DNA of 64,000 nt from an uncultured Chlamydiales bacterium (GCA_963700985.1 OY969554.1:896001-960000); one strand, 5' to 3'; numbered from the stretch's first letter, positions 1 through 9,487 are shown. Numbers and translations are program-made. Notes: generated by a model not told the origin, from the sequence alone.

Positions 1-693
1 ACGAAAGATGGAAGCGGCTCTGGCATGCTCAAAAACCCTGAGCTTATCGGCGAGGTCATTTCAAAGATGGTTGCAGCTGTGAAAATTCCCGTGACAGTTA
101 AAATCCGGGCCGGCTGGGACTCTGACAGCATTGTAGGCCCACAAGTCACGCAAATTGCCGAACAGGCTGGCGCGGTTGCCATCTGCATCCATGGACGCAC
201 GCGCGCTCAGGCTTATAAAGGCCCGGCTAAGTGGGACTATATTCGTGATTGTAAGAAAGCCGCTAAGAATATTCTGGTAATTGGCAATGGCGACATCACG
301 GATGCCGAGAGCGCAGAGAGAATTTTTGCGTATACCGGATGCGATGCGATCTTAGTGGCACGTGGAACTATGGGGCAACCGTGGATCATCGAAGATATTT
401 ACCGTCACCTTTCCGGCGAATCTCCCCGTATGCACACTCCTCTTGATCGACGCGATACATTCCTAGAACACTTAGAACATATTGTGGCTTACAAAGATCC
501 GCATAAAGCCGCGCTTGATTTAAGACGCGTTGGCTGCTGGTTTCTGCGCAATATTCACGGTGCTTCGCATCTACGTGAATCGATCAATCGCACGAAATCT
601 GCTGACGAAATCCGTCAGCTAATTCACAACTATCCCTGGCAAGACTGTGAAGTCGCAATCGCCCAACCCGAAGAAACATCCTGCGAAATCTAA
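1..693 (+). CDS. dusB: tRNA-dihydrouridine synthase (DusB-like), 5'-truncated by the window edge
   Basis: Frame is open from base 1 (TKDGSGSGMLKNP). Dus motifs PVTVKIRAGWD, IHGRTR, GNGDI, ARG are present. Confidence 0.9.
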   Translation, partial: TKDGSGSGMLKNPELIGEVISKMVAAVKIPVTVKIRAGWDSDSIVGPQVTQIAEQAGAVAICIHGRTRAQAYKGPAKWDYIRDCKKAAKNILVIGNGDITDAESAERIFAYTGCDAILVARGTMGQPWIIEDIYRHLSGESPRMHTPLDRRDTFLEHLEHIVAYKDPHKAALDLRRVGCWFLRNIHGASHLRESINRTKSADEIRQLIHNYPWQDCEVAIAQPEETSCEI

Positions 694-704
694 TTAGAGT
701 TCAT

Positions 705-1517
705 ATGGCACACCCAATTAACGCGCGCCCTCCAGCAGAACGTAATATTTTTCGGTCGATTTATGCACTGAGAGATCAATTGCCTAAAGATTTTGATTTT
801 GAACTAAATGATGACGAAGACATCTCTTCTTTGATCGAAAGGGCTGCAGAGGCCGGTGCTAATATCATATACAGAAAAGAAGCTGAGACAAAGACCACTA
901 AACATGGGTGTCTTTCAAGCTTGTTTCAGTACGCTCAGAAGGGAATTGCTTTTGGAAAAGACCTTATACCAAGAGTTACACAATGCGCATTCGGAGCGAC
1001 TGCTATTATTATCTCTGGCATTGCAATAAAAGCAATTGGTGTGGGTGTAATAGCAAATGTGGCTGTGGGCACTCTAGCCGTGGCAACCGCGGCATTTACG
1101 GAGGGTGTTGGAGCGGCAGCTGCAGATGCCCTTGCCAAGGCGATAGGCCTCAAAAAACCCCCTAGAATGCATGGAGAAATTGGATTCATGATGGGTACTT
1201 ACGTAGCCATGGCGGTAACACCAGGTTTTTTCAATACTGTAGGCGCTGTTTTAGGAGCTTCGGCTGCTTTACCAACTTTTTTGCTAACTTTAACTTTTGT
1301 TGTTCTTCCTTCAAAACGAGCTGAGGCGATCTTTGTAGCGACATTTGGAACTGCAGCCGCAACTGCATCTTTGGTAATTGGCAAAACTTGCCTTATAGCC
1401 GGTAAAGTATTTGCGCTCGCAGGGGGAGGAGTCGGATTTTATGCTGCTGCCGAACTCTCTTGGAAGATTTTAGATCATTTCTTTATTGGCCCTGCACTCC
1501 TCCACATTCCCCGATAG
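705..1517 (+). CDS. Hypothetical Gly/Ala-rich membrane protein (paralog of 1618..2403), candidate Inc-like or pore-forming protein
   Basis: Hydrophilic N-terminus, then long small-residue hydrophobic segments. Aligns by eye with the next gene. Confidence 0.7.
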   Translation: MAHPINARPPAERNIFRSIYALRDQLPKDFDFELNDDEDISSLIERAAEAGANIIYRKEAETKTTKHGCLSSLFQYAQKGIAFGKDLIPRVTQCAFGATAIIISGIAIKAIGVGVIANVAVGTLAVATAAFTEGVGAAAADALAKAIGLKKPPRMHGEIGFMMGTYVAMAVTPGFFNTVGAVLGASAALPTFLLTLTFVVLPSKRAEAIFVATFGTAAATASLVIGKTCLIAGKVFALAGGGVGFYAAAELSWKILDHFFIGPALLHIPR

Positions 1518-1617
1518 GGACAACACAAGTCGCTTTCGTCCAGTCGGAAGAAACTTCCTGTAAAATCTAAAACTCAGTAAATTGTTCACTAAAAAACCTC
1601 GCCAATGGAGATTTAAT

Positions 1618-2403
1618 ATGTCTAGCGGAGTTAGTGCAATGTCACCGGAAGATAAGACCGCAGCTTTTAAGAATCTTTATCGAATAGCTGAACTCCTCGA
1701 ATCCCATGAAAACGCCAAAAGCAATGCATCAACCCTGTCGAATAGAATAGATGCGGCTTTGGATAGGACACAAAGCTCATCTTCTTGGCGAGCCACTTCT
1801 CTTCAATTCGCTCATAGAGGAATTGCGATCGGACGAGAAGTTGCGCCCCTGGCTGCTCAACTTGCGATGGGAGCCGCTGTTGCCCATGCTGGAGCTGCAC
1901 TCGTGCCAACGCTCGGCACAGGAGTAGTTGCAAGCGTAGCCGTAGGATCTTTAGCCGTGACAGTTGCTGCCGTTACAGCGGGCCTAGAATCTGTGTTGGC
2001 AAATGCGCTCGCAAAAGCAAGAGGAATTGAGGAAATTCCTGAGACTACACAGACTTTACAAGGAGCTATCTCCGCTTTAAACGCGGCATATGTTGCTTCT
2101 ATGGGCACTCCAGGATTTGTCAATGCGGTCGGTAGTTTTGCTGGAGCTTCTCTTACTGCTCCTCTACCATTTATCGCTTGTTTATTAGCTAATCGCCTAG
2201 AAGGAACAGGAGCAGCTATTGCATCAGGTGCTTATATAGGGGCAATTGCAACCGGGGCAGTGGTAGCTGGTGCAGCGGGTGCGGTAGGAGGCAAAGTGGC
2301 TACGCTTGCTTCTGGTGCATTTGGATTATTGGTAACCGGGACAACCTCTATACAGCTTATGGGTCGCATGATTTCTGCTCCAAATATTCCGTTTTGGCAT
2401 TGA
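1618..2403 (+). CDS. Hypothetical Gly/Ala-rich membrane protein (paralog of 705..1517)
   Basis: ATG at 1618 preceded by GGAG. Shared motifs GxGVxAxVAVGxLAV, ALAKAxG, YVAxxxTPGFxNxVG, GKVxxLA. Confidence 0.7.
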   Translation: MSSGVSAMSPEDKTAAFKNLYRIAELLESHENAKSNASTLSNRIDAALDRTQSSSSWRATSLQFAHRGIAIGREVAPLAAQLAMGAAVAHAGAALVPTLGTGVVASVAVGSLAVTVAAVTAGLESVLANALAKARGIEEIPETTQTLQGAISALNAAYVASMGTPGFVNAVGSFAGASLTAPLPFIACLLANRLEGTGAAIASGAYIGAIATGAVVAGAAGAVGGKVATLASGAFGLLVTGTTSIQLMGRMISAPNIPFWH

Positions 2404-2473
2404 GCTGCCATTTCATTGACAAAAAAACTTTAAAGGATTTTCTTGAGGGTATGGATAACCACAGGAAAAAATC

Positions 2474-2791
2474 ATGATAACCAAGAGTTTTGCAAAATTA
2501 GCTGTTTTAGGCCTTGCGGCGGGCATCTGTTTATTTACTTCTGAATTATCTGCTTGGCAGAGCAAGCCAGTTAACTACCCAAAGTGCCGAAAAGATGGAA
2601 AAACTGATATGCGCTGCGACAAAGAAAATAGAGAAGACAACCTGTATACTTTTGGAGCAGAACTCAGCACTCAATCTTTCAAAGTATTTAATGACTTTAC
2701 TCCTGAGCAAAAGGATCAGGCTATGAGCTATGCTGATGGCAATAAGATGTCGCCAGATAAGGCTGTAGCTAAAGTCAGCGCTGGCATGTAA
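2474..2791 (+). CDS. Small secreted hypothetical protein
   Basis: AGGA Shine-Dalgarno; Sec-type signal peptide ending ELSA. Confidence 0.7.
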   Translation: MITKSFAKLAVLGLAAGICLFTSELSAWQSKPVNYPKCRKDGKTDMRCDKENREDNLYTFGAELSTQSFKVFNDFTPEQKDQAMSYADGNKMSPDKAVAKVSAGM

Positions 2792-2821
2792 TTAAAGTAC
2801 GGTCTTCGTTACACTAGGCGA

Positions 2822-4621
2822 ATGACCTTACTTCTCAATTGCCAAGCTTTAAGCAAGTATTACGGTACGCGCTTACTCTTTAAAGACCTCTCCTTTAGCA
2901 TTTTCTCAGGAGAGCGGGTGGGCTTAATCGGGCCAAATGGCGCTGGTAAGTCCACTCTTCTTAAAATTCTCGCAGGACAAGAAAAGCCCAACTCAGGGAC
3001 GCAGTCGATCAAACGAGGCTTACGCATTGGCTACGTGCCGCAATCTTGTGAATTCCCGGATGAGACTCCCGAGACCGTATTGTTAAATTCATTAGATCCA
3101 AACGATGAACGTCCCGATTACGAGAAAGAGCTTCTCGTTCAAACCTGGCTGAGCAAGTTAGGTTTTACAGGCAAGGAGACTTCGGCCTTGCGCCTTTCTG
3201 GCGGATGGAAAAAGCGGCTGAGCTTGGCTCAACAACTAATCTCCTCCCCTGACCTACTGCTTCTGGACGAACCAACCAACCATCTCGACCTCGAAGGGAT
3301 TCTCTGGCTGGAAAAATTCCTCTCTCGGGAAGCACCCTCTTATCTGCTGGTGAGTCATGACCGTTATTTCCTGCAAAACATGGTGAACAGAGTCGTTGAG
3401 ATCAATCCGGTCTATCCCAATGGCTTATTTTCCATCGATGGCCCCTATTCCAATTTTCTCGAGCAAAAAGAGCAATTCTTAAAGGGACAACTCGAGCAAG
3501 AGCGCTCACTTGCCTCAAAAGGCCGCCGCGAACTCGAATGGCTCCGCAAATCGCCTAAAGCCCGCACCACTAAATCCAAATCTCGGGTCGATGATGCCAA
3601 TGAGCTCCTGCAAGAGCTCTCCCAAGTTCAAGATCGAAACCGCCAGAAAAAAGCCGATATCGATTTTGCCGCGACCCATCGCGAAACACAGAAGCTTCTT
3701 GTGGCTAAGAATCTCGCTAAACATGCAGATGCACGCCTTCTGTTCCATCATCTCGACTTCACACTCTCTCCTGGCACTAGAATCGGTTTAATGGGCCCTA
3801 ATGGCTCTGGAAAGACCACATTGCTAAGAATGCTTCAGGGTGAGGTCGCTCCCGATCAAGGCACGATTAAAAAGGCCGATGGCCTCAAAATCGTTTATTT
3901 CGATCAGCACCGCATTAAGCTCCCTGATGAGATCACTCTCAGGCAAGCACTTTCTCCTAATGGCGATTTTGTAAACTTTCACGGCCAAATGATCCATGTC
4001 AACGGCTGGTGCAAGCGCTTTCTCTTCTCTCCTGATATCCTCGATATGCCCTTGGCAAATCTCTCGGGAGGCGAAAGAGCGCGCATTTCTATCGCCCATC
4101 TTATGCTGCAGCCCGCCGACCTACTCTTACTTGACGAGCCTACCAACGACCTAGATATCTCCACCCTGGAGATCCTCGAAGAGAGTCTGCTCGATTTTCC
4201 AGGCGCTGTGGTCCTGATCACCCATGATCGATGTATGTTGGATCGGATCTGCAATAGCCTGCTAGCTCTGGGTAATCTCGAGCAAACGACGCTCTTTCCA
4301 GATTATTCTCAATGGGAGCGCTCGCTTAAAAGCACAGCTGCACCGCTCAAACACAAAGAGAAAAAAGCCGAACAGGCAACCAGCAATAAGGCTAAGCTCT
4401 CTTACAATGAAAAAAAGGAATACGATCAGATCGAAGCTAAGATCTTAAAAGAGGAAGAAGCCGTCAAACAGCTCAACCTTCAACTTGAAAGCCCCGAAGT
4501 GGCTCAAAATCCTGAACGCCTCCAAGCGGTCTGCACTGAGATCGGCCTCATAGAAACACGTATCGAACAGCTCTACCTTCGGTGGGAAGAGCTAGAAAAG
4601 AAGTTGCGCGCTCTTAATTAA
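2822..4621 (+). CDS. uup: ABC-F family ATP-binding protein (Uup-like)
   Basis: Two ABC cassettes (GPNGAGKS/LSGGW/DEPTN and GPNGSGKT/LSGGE/DEPTND), no TM domain, PKARTTKSK linker, C-terminal coiled coil ending RWEELE. Confidence 0.85.
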   Translation: MTLLLNCQALSKYYGTRLLFKDLSFSIFSGERVGLIGPNGAGKSTLLKILAGQEKPNSGTQSIKRGLRIGYVPQSCEFPDETPETVLLNSLDPNDERPDYEKELLVQTWLSKLGFTGKETSALRLSGGWKKRLSLAQQLISSPDLLLLDEPTNHLDLEGILWLEKFLSREAPSYLLVSHDRYFLQNMVNRVVEINPVYPNGLFSIDGPYSNFLEQKEQFLKGQLEQERSLASKGRRELEWLRKSPKARTTKSKSRVDDANELLQELSQVQDRNRQKKADIDFAATHRETQKLLVAKNLAKHADARLLFHHLDFTLSPGTRIGLMGPNGSGKTTLLRMLQGEVAPDQGTIKKADGLKIVYFDQHRIKLPDEITLRQALSPNGDFVNFHGQMIHVNGWCKRFLFSPDILDMPLANLSGGERARISIAHLMLQPADLLLLDEPTNDLDISTLEILEESLLDFPGAVVLITHDRCMLDRICNSLLALGNLEQTTLFPDYSQWERSLKSTAAPLKHKEKKAEQATSNKAKLSYNEKKEYDQIEAKILKEEEAVKQLNLQLESPEVAQNPERLQAVCTEIGLIETRIEQLYLRWEELEKKLRALN

Positions 4622-4790
4622 GCACTTACACATTAAACCCCGAAATTTACAACTAACTATTTAAGTTTAATTTAAAATTAATTATATTAAAGATTACAGA
4701 GATTGGATTTAATTAACATAAAACCCCTAGGTTATTGTTAAATTAAGATCCTCTCTTCTGCACATCCAAAAAACTTAACTTGGGAATTTT

Positions 4791-4904
4791 ATGAAAAGAA
4801 CTGCTGCTCGCATTGCTGCTCGAAAAAAAAGCACGCTCGCTAAAAAAATCCACAAAATGTCTAGAGAATTGAACAGACTATCTAGAAACGTTGCAAAATT
4901 CTAG
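4791..4904 (+). CDS. Putative 37-aa highly basic peptide (MKRTAARIAARKKSTLAKKIHKMSRELNRLSRNVAKF)
   Basis: Below the ORF-track cutoff. ATG preceded by GGGA, AT-rich upstream region, strong hairpin 20 nt after the stop. Confidence 0.5.
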   Translation: MKRTAARIAARKKSTLAKKIHKMSRELNRLSRNVAKF

Positions 4905-4924
4905 AGTGCACACACTCTAAAATC

Positions 4925-4960
4925 TTGAGATCAGGGCTTTTTAAAAGCCCCTGATCTCAA
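4925..4960. terminator. Long hairpin, probable terminator between convergent genes
   Basis: TTGAGATCAGGG...CCCTGATCTCAA 12-bp inverted repeat around CTTTTTAAAAGC. Confidence 0.65.
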
Positions 4961-4969
4961 ATAGATTAC

Positions 4970-6277
4970 TTAAAACCTATGCAAGCTCTTAAGTAGAGCT
5001 TCTTTGTCCATAGTCAGAATTTTAATGTTTGAATCATTCTCGCCGCACGAGACGTGGATCAGCTCTTTGCCATCGCGATTTTCAAAAGCAAATCCCGCAG
5101 GGAAAATGCAGCGCAAATTAGGATTGGCCGTGTTTAAAGGTGGAGAATCGTATATTCCTTTGAAAAGGATTGGGTAGTGTGAGATCCCGGTTAACGCAAA
5201 AGGAGCCTTGGCTTCGAAGGTATAAGCACCCATGAGATACCAGCTAATTCCTTCTTCATCTTTAAATGAACTATGAAAAAAGCCTAAATACTCATCACCA
5301 ATTCTTTGCGGAGCCGCGCCACCACGTGGCAACCCCCAGATAGTATCTTTCCAAGGTAGCATCGGCAGCGAAGGATGATCAGGGAAGTTTAAGGAATTAA
5401 CAAGAGGTTTATCCGGCTCAGGCAACTCTAAAAGTTTATGTGGGCTCAAATGATATTCAATATAGAGATGAGGCTTCCCATCTTCTCCAACATATTCGAA
5501 TGGAGTCCAGTTCTTCTCCAGGCGTTGCTGATTAAGATCGAGGTTTGTGGAGAAATCAAGTGAATAATCTTCTAGATTCAGACGGGCCACGCGTATCGAA
5601 CGAGAATGATGTGTATGCTGACGCACATCATTATATGAGAGATAGAGTTGATCTGCGATTTTAAAAGCTCGTGGATCTTCTGAATAGTCGCTATTCGTGT
5701 CGATTCTAGTATATTCCTTCGTCGTTTGTTCAAAGTTGCGATCTAGTTCAACAACCCCGAGGTAAGAATAAAAAGGACAAGGTTCGCGGGTTCGATTGAA
5801 AACATCCTGACGGAAAAAGAGTAGATAGCCAGAATTGTGATTGACGATTGAGGCGTTGTAAGCAGCGAGCACATTGCGAATATTGACGGTCCTAGTTTCT
5901 AGGACAATGCCTGCGTTTTCAGCCCAAGGAACGCTGCGCAATTGTGCAGGAACGGGAGTTCCTCCTAAAAGAGGCATAGTCATCCAAGTGCTATTTCTTA
6001 TCTCTCTTAATTGACGGCGCACTGAAGAATTCTGAGTCTTGAATTTTTGAATTTCTTTCGGAAAGTAGAAATACGAAAATCCAACACTTCCGGCTAAAAC
6101 TAGGAGAGCAAAAACATTAAGACTTCTCCAAATATTTAAACTGCTTTTCTTAGGGGTAGTATCATTTTTATGAGTAGCGTCGCTTGGATTTTGATTTAGA
6201 TCAAAGGCATGTAATGCATCGCTGCCTTTCAACTCATTGACTAAATTGGTAAGAAGTGGATCCTTCGTATCAGGCAT
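4970..6277 (-). CDS. Membrane-anchored beta-propeller glycoside hydrolase/phosphorylase-like protein (GH130/GT91/GT108-like fold)
   Basis: One TM near the N-terminus; motifs SEDPR, EKNW, PRGG, FFHS, CIFPAG. Confidence 0.55.
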   Translation of the reverse strand: MPDTKDPLLTNLVNELKGSDALHAFDLNQNPSDATHKNDTTPKKSSLNIWRSLNVFALLVLAGSVGFSYFYFPKEIQKFKTQNSSVRRQLREIRNSTWMTMPLLGGTPVPAQLRSVPWAENAGIVLETRTVNIRNVLAAYNASIVNHNSGYLLFFRQDVFNRTREPCPFYSYLGVVELDRNFEQTTKEYTRIDTNSDYSEDPRAFKIADQLYLSYNDVRQHTHHSRSIRVARLNLEDYSLDFSTNLDLNQQRLEKNWTPFEYVGEDGKPHLYIEYHLSPHKLLELPEPDKPLVNSLNFPDHPSLPMLPWKDTIWGLPRGGAAPQRIGDEYLGFFHSSFKDEEGISWYLMGAYTFEAKAPFALTGISHYPILFKGIYDSPPLNTANPNLRCIFPAGFAFENRDGKELIHVSCGENDSNIKILTMDKEALLKSLHRF

Positions 6278-6348
6278 GATTAGTACTCTCTTTCTTTATT
6301 TTTGCTACCGTATCAGGCGTATTATTTTGTAACAACATCTCAAAAAAT

Positions 6349-7008
6349 TTAACGCGGAGCTACATTCCAGGTTCCCATAAAGAAATTTTCCGAGAGGGGC
6401 TTTCTGTCTTTCTCATTCGCCACATCGTCCTCTGCAGCATAGCCCACAGCCATTACAGCCATAGGAACAAAATCTTGGGATATTCCAAAAACTTCGCGCA
6501 GCTTTAGTTCGTCAAAACCACCCATCTGATGTGCCATTAAACCCAGCGATGTCGCTTGAAGCATCATGCTGAAAGTTGCGGCACCTGTATCGTATTGCGC
6601 CCAGCGATTAAAGGCGCCTTTGTGGGAATTTGCGGAGGCCACAGACACAATCAGAAGAGGAACGTTTTTTACCCAATTTTGATTAAATTCGACAAGGGTG
6701 TTAAAGACTTTGTTATAAGCGGCTGGATTGGTTGTGCGGTCGCATATGATAAAACACCAGGGCTGGTCGTTATAAGATGAGGGAGCAGATTGACCGGCTT
6801 TAATAATAGATTGAATTTGATCAGAGGTTACAGGCCGCGTTGAATCAAAAGAGTACCCACTATGTCGTTTTTGTAAAATATCATCAATTGGATGGGCGGC
6901 TTTAACTGGTGGCGGCAAGTTTGCGCTTGCTGGTTCTGTGCTATCGACATTACATGCAGTTAAAAACACCATAGACAGCAACCCCAACGCAAGTCGCTTA
7001 ACTTTCAT
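6349..7008 (-). CDS. Nitroreductase family protein with lipoprotein signal
   Basis: KRHSGYSF, APSSYNDQPW, YDTGAA, HQMGGFD motifs; lipobox LTAC. Confidence 0.85.
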   Translation of the reverse strand: MKVKRLALGLLSMVFLTACNVDSTEPASANLPPPVKAAHPIDDILQKRHSGYSFDSTRPVTSDQIQSIIKAGQSAPSSYNDQPWCFIICDRTTNPAAYNKVFNTLVEFNQNWVKNVPLLIVSVASANSHKGAFNRWAQYDTGAATFSMMLQATSLGLMAHQMGGFDELKLREVFGISQDFVPMAVMAVGYAAEDDVANEKDRKPLSENFFMGTWNVAPR

Positions 7009-7202
7009 AAAATCTCTCTCTGTTTTTTTAAGAATGGCATTTTAAGGAAAAGGGCTCTTTAAAGCTAGAGCTTCAGATTCTAGCCTTAATATTGCTTAAA
7101 TTCCCTCCTAAAACATCTTAACTATGACGATGCGTTTATTGTTTTGACTTCTAGCAAAATCTCCTTGCTGCTATGAGAAAGTTTAAAGAGGGTCTTGTTC
7201 CT

Positions 7203-8399
7203 ATGAAGGTGGCGATCATTAAAGCTAGTTTTTTTGGAGCAATATTGGCGTGTTCGTCACTTTTCGGAATCGATGCGCGAAGAGTTATCAGATTAACGCC
7301 TCCCGTTATCTCTCCAAATACAATTTCAGTAGAATACACCTGCATGCGCCCCACCCGCGAAGAGGGTCTTAATATCTCTGTCGAAGATTACGATATGGGT
7401 AAAAATGCTAAAACGATTGTCAATTGTTACGGCCATGGAAGTGTAGGATGGACTACGCTTTTTGGCTCCGTGCAAAAAGCCATTGAGCTTTTTGAAAAAG
7501 GCATCCCCAATAAAAGTATTCCTATCCGCATCATTGGATCTGGCTGCATGGGCTTAACAACAGCCATCGAACTGACTAATAGGGGATACAAAGTTGCGGG
7601 CATCTACACGATAGACCACTATGACAGTGCCTCTTGGAAAGCAGCCGGCTACTTCGGCCTAATTGCCAAAGAGACCACGCCTGACGAGATGAATCAGATT
7701 TATGACCTAGCTGCGCAGTCATTTTTGGTCTATCAACAGATCGAAAGCGGCAAGCACCCCTTTTTTAGTAAAGGCTGTGCTCAATTGATGCCGATCTATT
7801 GTGATGCAACGACCTCGCGGGAATTGTCTTTTTTGGTCAATCGCAAGCTAATTTCCCCTAAAAAACTCGTTGCCTTAGATTTTGGCAACGGCGTTGTTCA
7901 CGAAGGCATGTATGAGTATAAGACCTTCTTCATGAATACGAGCAAACTAATGAAGCAATTGACCGATGAAGTTGAGAGATTGAATATCCCCATTAAGACT
8001 AAAGAAATCTATTCATATTATGACGTCAAAGAGCTGGTTGTTTTTAATTGTGCAGGACTGGGCGCTAAAGAGATCAATGGAGACCAAAAATTGGACGCTG
8101 TGCGCGGTCACTTAATCACGCTTAATTCTAAATCAGGTCATGATCATAGGCACTATATGCTTTCTACGAGCATGCTCCAAGATGGCAAAACCGAACCGCT
8201 CTATCTAATACCAAAAACCTCACTAGTCTCACCGAAACACCCCGATGGAATTAGATGCGCAGGCGTACTTGGCGTGACGTTTATCCCTCACGCTGGGGAT
8301 ATGTCTGATGAACTCCTAAAAAAACTCGACAAGAAAGAGTTTAAACAGCTTTTAAACCGCGCTTCTATGTTCTTCAACGGGCATCCCTATGAAGACTAA
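7203..8399 (+). CDS. FAD-dependent oxidoreductase, D-amino-acid-oxidase family, permuted domain order, signal peptide
   Basis: GSGCMG Rossmann motif, ASWKAAG, VFNCAGLGA, VRGHL. The RP...YGHGxxG segment lies N-terminal to the Rossmann motif. Alternative start 7173. Confidence 0.75.
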   Translation: MKVAIIKASFFGAILACSSLFGIDARRVIRLTPPVISPNTISVEYTCMRPTREEGLNISVEDYDMGKNAKTIVNCYGHGSVGWTTLFGSVQKAIELFEKGIPNKSIPIRIIGSGCMGLTTAIELTNRGYKVAGIYTIDHYDSASWKAAGYFGLIAKETTPDEMNQIYDLAAQSFLVYQQIESGKHPFFSKGCAQLMPIYCDATTSRELSFLVNRKLISPKKLVALDFGNGVVHEGMYEYKTFFMNTSKLMKQLTDEVERLNIPIKTKEIYSYYDVKELVVFNCAGLGAKEINGDQKLDAVRGHLITLNSKSGHDHRHYMLSTSMLQDGKTEPLYLIPKTSLVSPKHPDGIRCAGVLGVTFIPHAGDMSDELLKKLDKKEFKQLLNRASMFFNGHPYED

Positions 8400-8602
8400 C
8401 GTCTTCCTCTCCATACGATTCCGCTGCCAATAATAATCAAGAGAATTCCCCCAATGATGTACCACATGGTTGTATCAGAATAGTGCCCGGTAACGCCTCC
8501 GAGTATCTTCTCACCCGCTTTGTGCGTTGCATTAATTCCAAAAATCAGAATAACAATACCCACAATAAACAACCCAAATCCGATAACACGCTGCATACTC
8601 AT
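8396..8602 (-). CDS. Small two-TM membrane protein (DUF3185-like)
   Basis: Two hydrophobic helices with a TGHYSDTTMWYIIGG motif. Confidence 0.7.
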   Translation of the reverse strand: MSMQRVIGFGLFIVGIVILIFGINATHKAGEKILGGVTGHYSDTTMWYIIGGILLIIIGSGIVWRGRR

Positions 8603-8719
8603 AAACTCACTTTTTTAATGATCTCTAACTGTTTTTAGAAATATGTGCTTATATAAATACTGTCCAGGTAAAAAATTCTTCTCTCTGCTAATCTTGCCTT
8701 TTTTAAAGCTGAGGAAGAC

Positions 8720-9094
8720 ATGGAACTTGAAAGAATGCAACAAATGGCTGAGAAGTTAAAAATTGGACAAGCCGGACGGCACATTTTCTTATGCTGTGAC
8801 CAAGGGATGCCAAAATGCTGCAAGCGCGAAGATAGCCTAGTTGCTTGGGATTATTTGAAGAAACGCATCGAAGAGATCAATCTGCAGGGGCAGGTGCATC
8901 TCTGGCGAACGAAAGCTAACTGCTTGAGAGTGTGCGTAAATGGTCCGATAGCCGTCGTGTATCCCGACGGGGTCTGGTATCACTCATGTACGCCTCAGGT
9001 ATTAGAGCGCATACTACAAGAGCATCTTATTGGCGGGAAAATCGTTGAAGAGTTTCGAATTATACCTAGCAGTACCTGTTCATCCCAGACATAA
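8720..9094 (+). CDS. Thioredoxin-like (2Fe-2S) ferredoxin
   Basis: [31 protein letters not shown] motifs; GAGG Shine-Dalgarno. Confidence 0.85.
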   Translation: MELERMQQMAEKLKIGQAGRHIFLCCDQGMPKCCKREDSLVAWDYLKKRIEEINLQGQVHLWRTKANCLRVCVNGPIAVVYPDGVWYHSCTPQVLERILQEHLIGGKIVEEFRIIPSSTCSSQT

Positions 9095-9097
9095 AAA

Positions 9098-9126
9098 TGC
9101 CGGGCAAGAGCTTGGCTCCCCCGGCA
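9098..9126. terminator. Probable terminator hairpin downstream of the SWIB gene
   Basis: TGCCGGG...CCCGGCA stem followed by a T-run on the minus strand. Confidence 0.5.
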
Positions 9127-9154
9127 CTAAAAATCAGCAACTTTTAAGACAAAC

Positions 9155-9487
9155 TTACTTCTTGATGTGTTTGCTTAGAGCGCCAGCTAGCTTGAGCATG
9201 TCGATTGGCTTTTTGCCAACTACTTCAGCGAGCTTAGCATCTGGATTGATCAATCTTCTATTTTTTGTGTCTTGCAACTTGCGAGCTTTGATGTAGACCC
9301 AAAGTTTCTTAACAACTTGTGGACGAGTCATTTTTCCAGATCCAACAACAGCTGAAAGCTCAGGAGTTAAAGCATAAGTTGTTTGTGTTAAACCGGACTT
9401 TCTCTTTGCACCAGTCTTTTTCTTAGCTTTAGGTTTCGTTGCTTTTCTAGGTTTTGCTTTTGCTGCTTTTTTTGCTTTTTTTGCCAT
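9155..9487 (-). CDS. SWIB/MDM2 domain protein with Lys/Ala-rich histone-like N-terminus
   Basis: RPQVVKKLWVYIKARKLQD...RRLINPDAKL is a SWIB signature; N-terminus MAKKAKKAAKAKPRKATKPKAKKK. Confidence 0.9.
   Translation of the reverse strand: MAKKAKKAAKAKPRKATKPKAKKKTGAKRKSGLTQTTYALTPELSAVVGSGKMTRPQVVKKLWVYIKARKLQDTKNRRLINPDAKLAEVVGKKPIDMLKLAGALSKHIKK

Noticed and set aside
2416-2445. Promoter at a perfect TTGACA
   Set aside because: No convincing -10 hexamer at 16-18 nt spacing.
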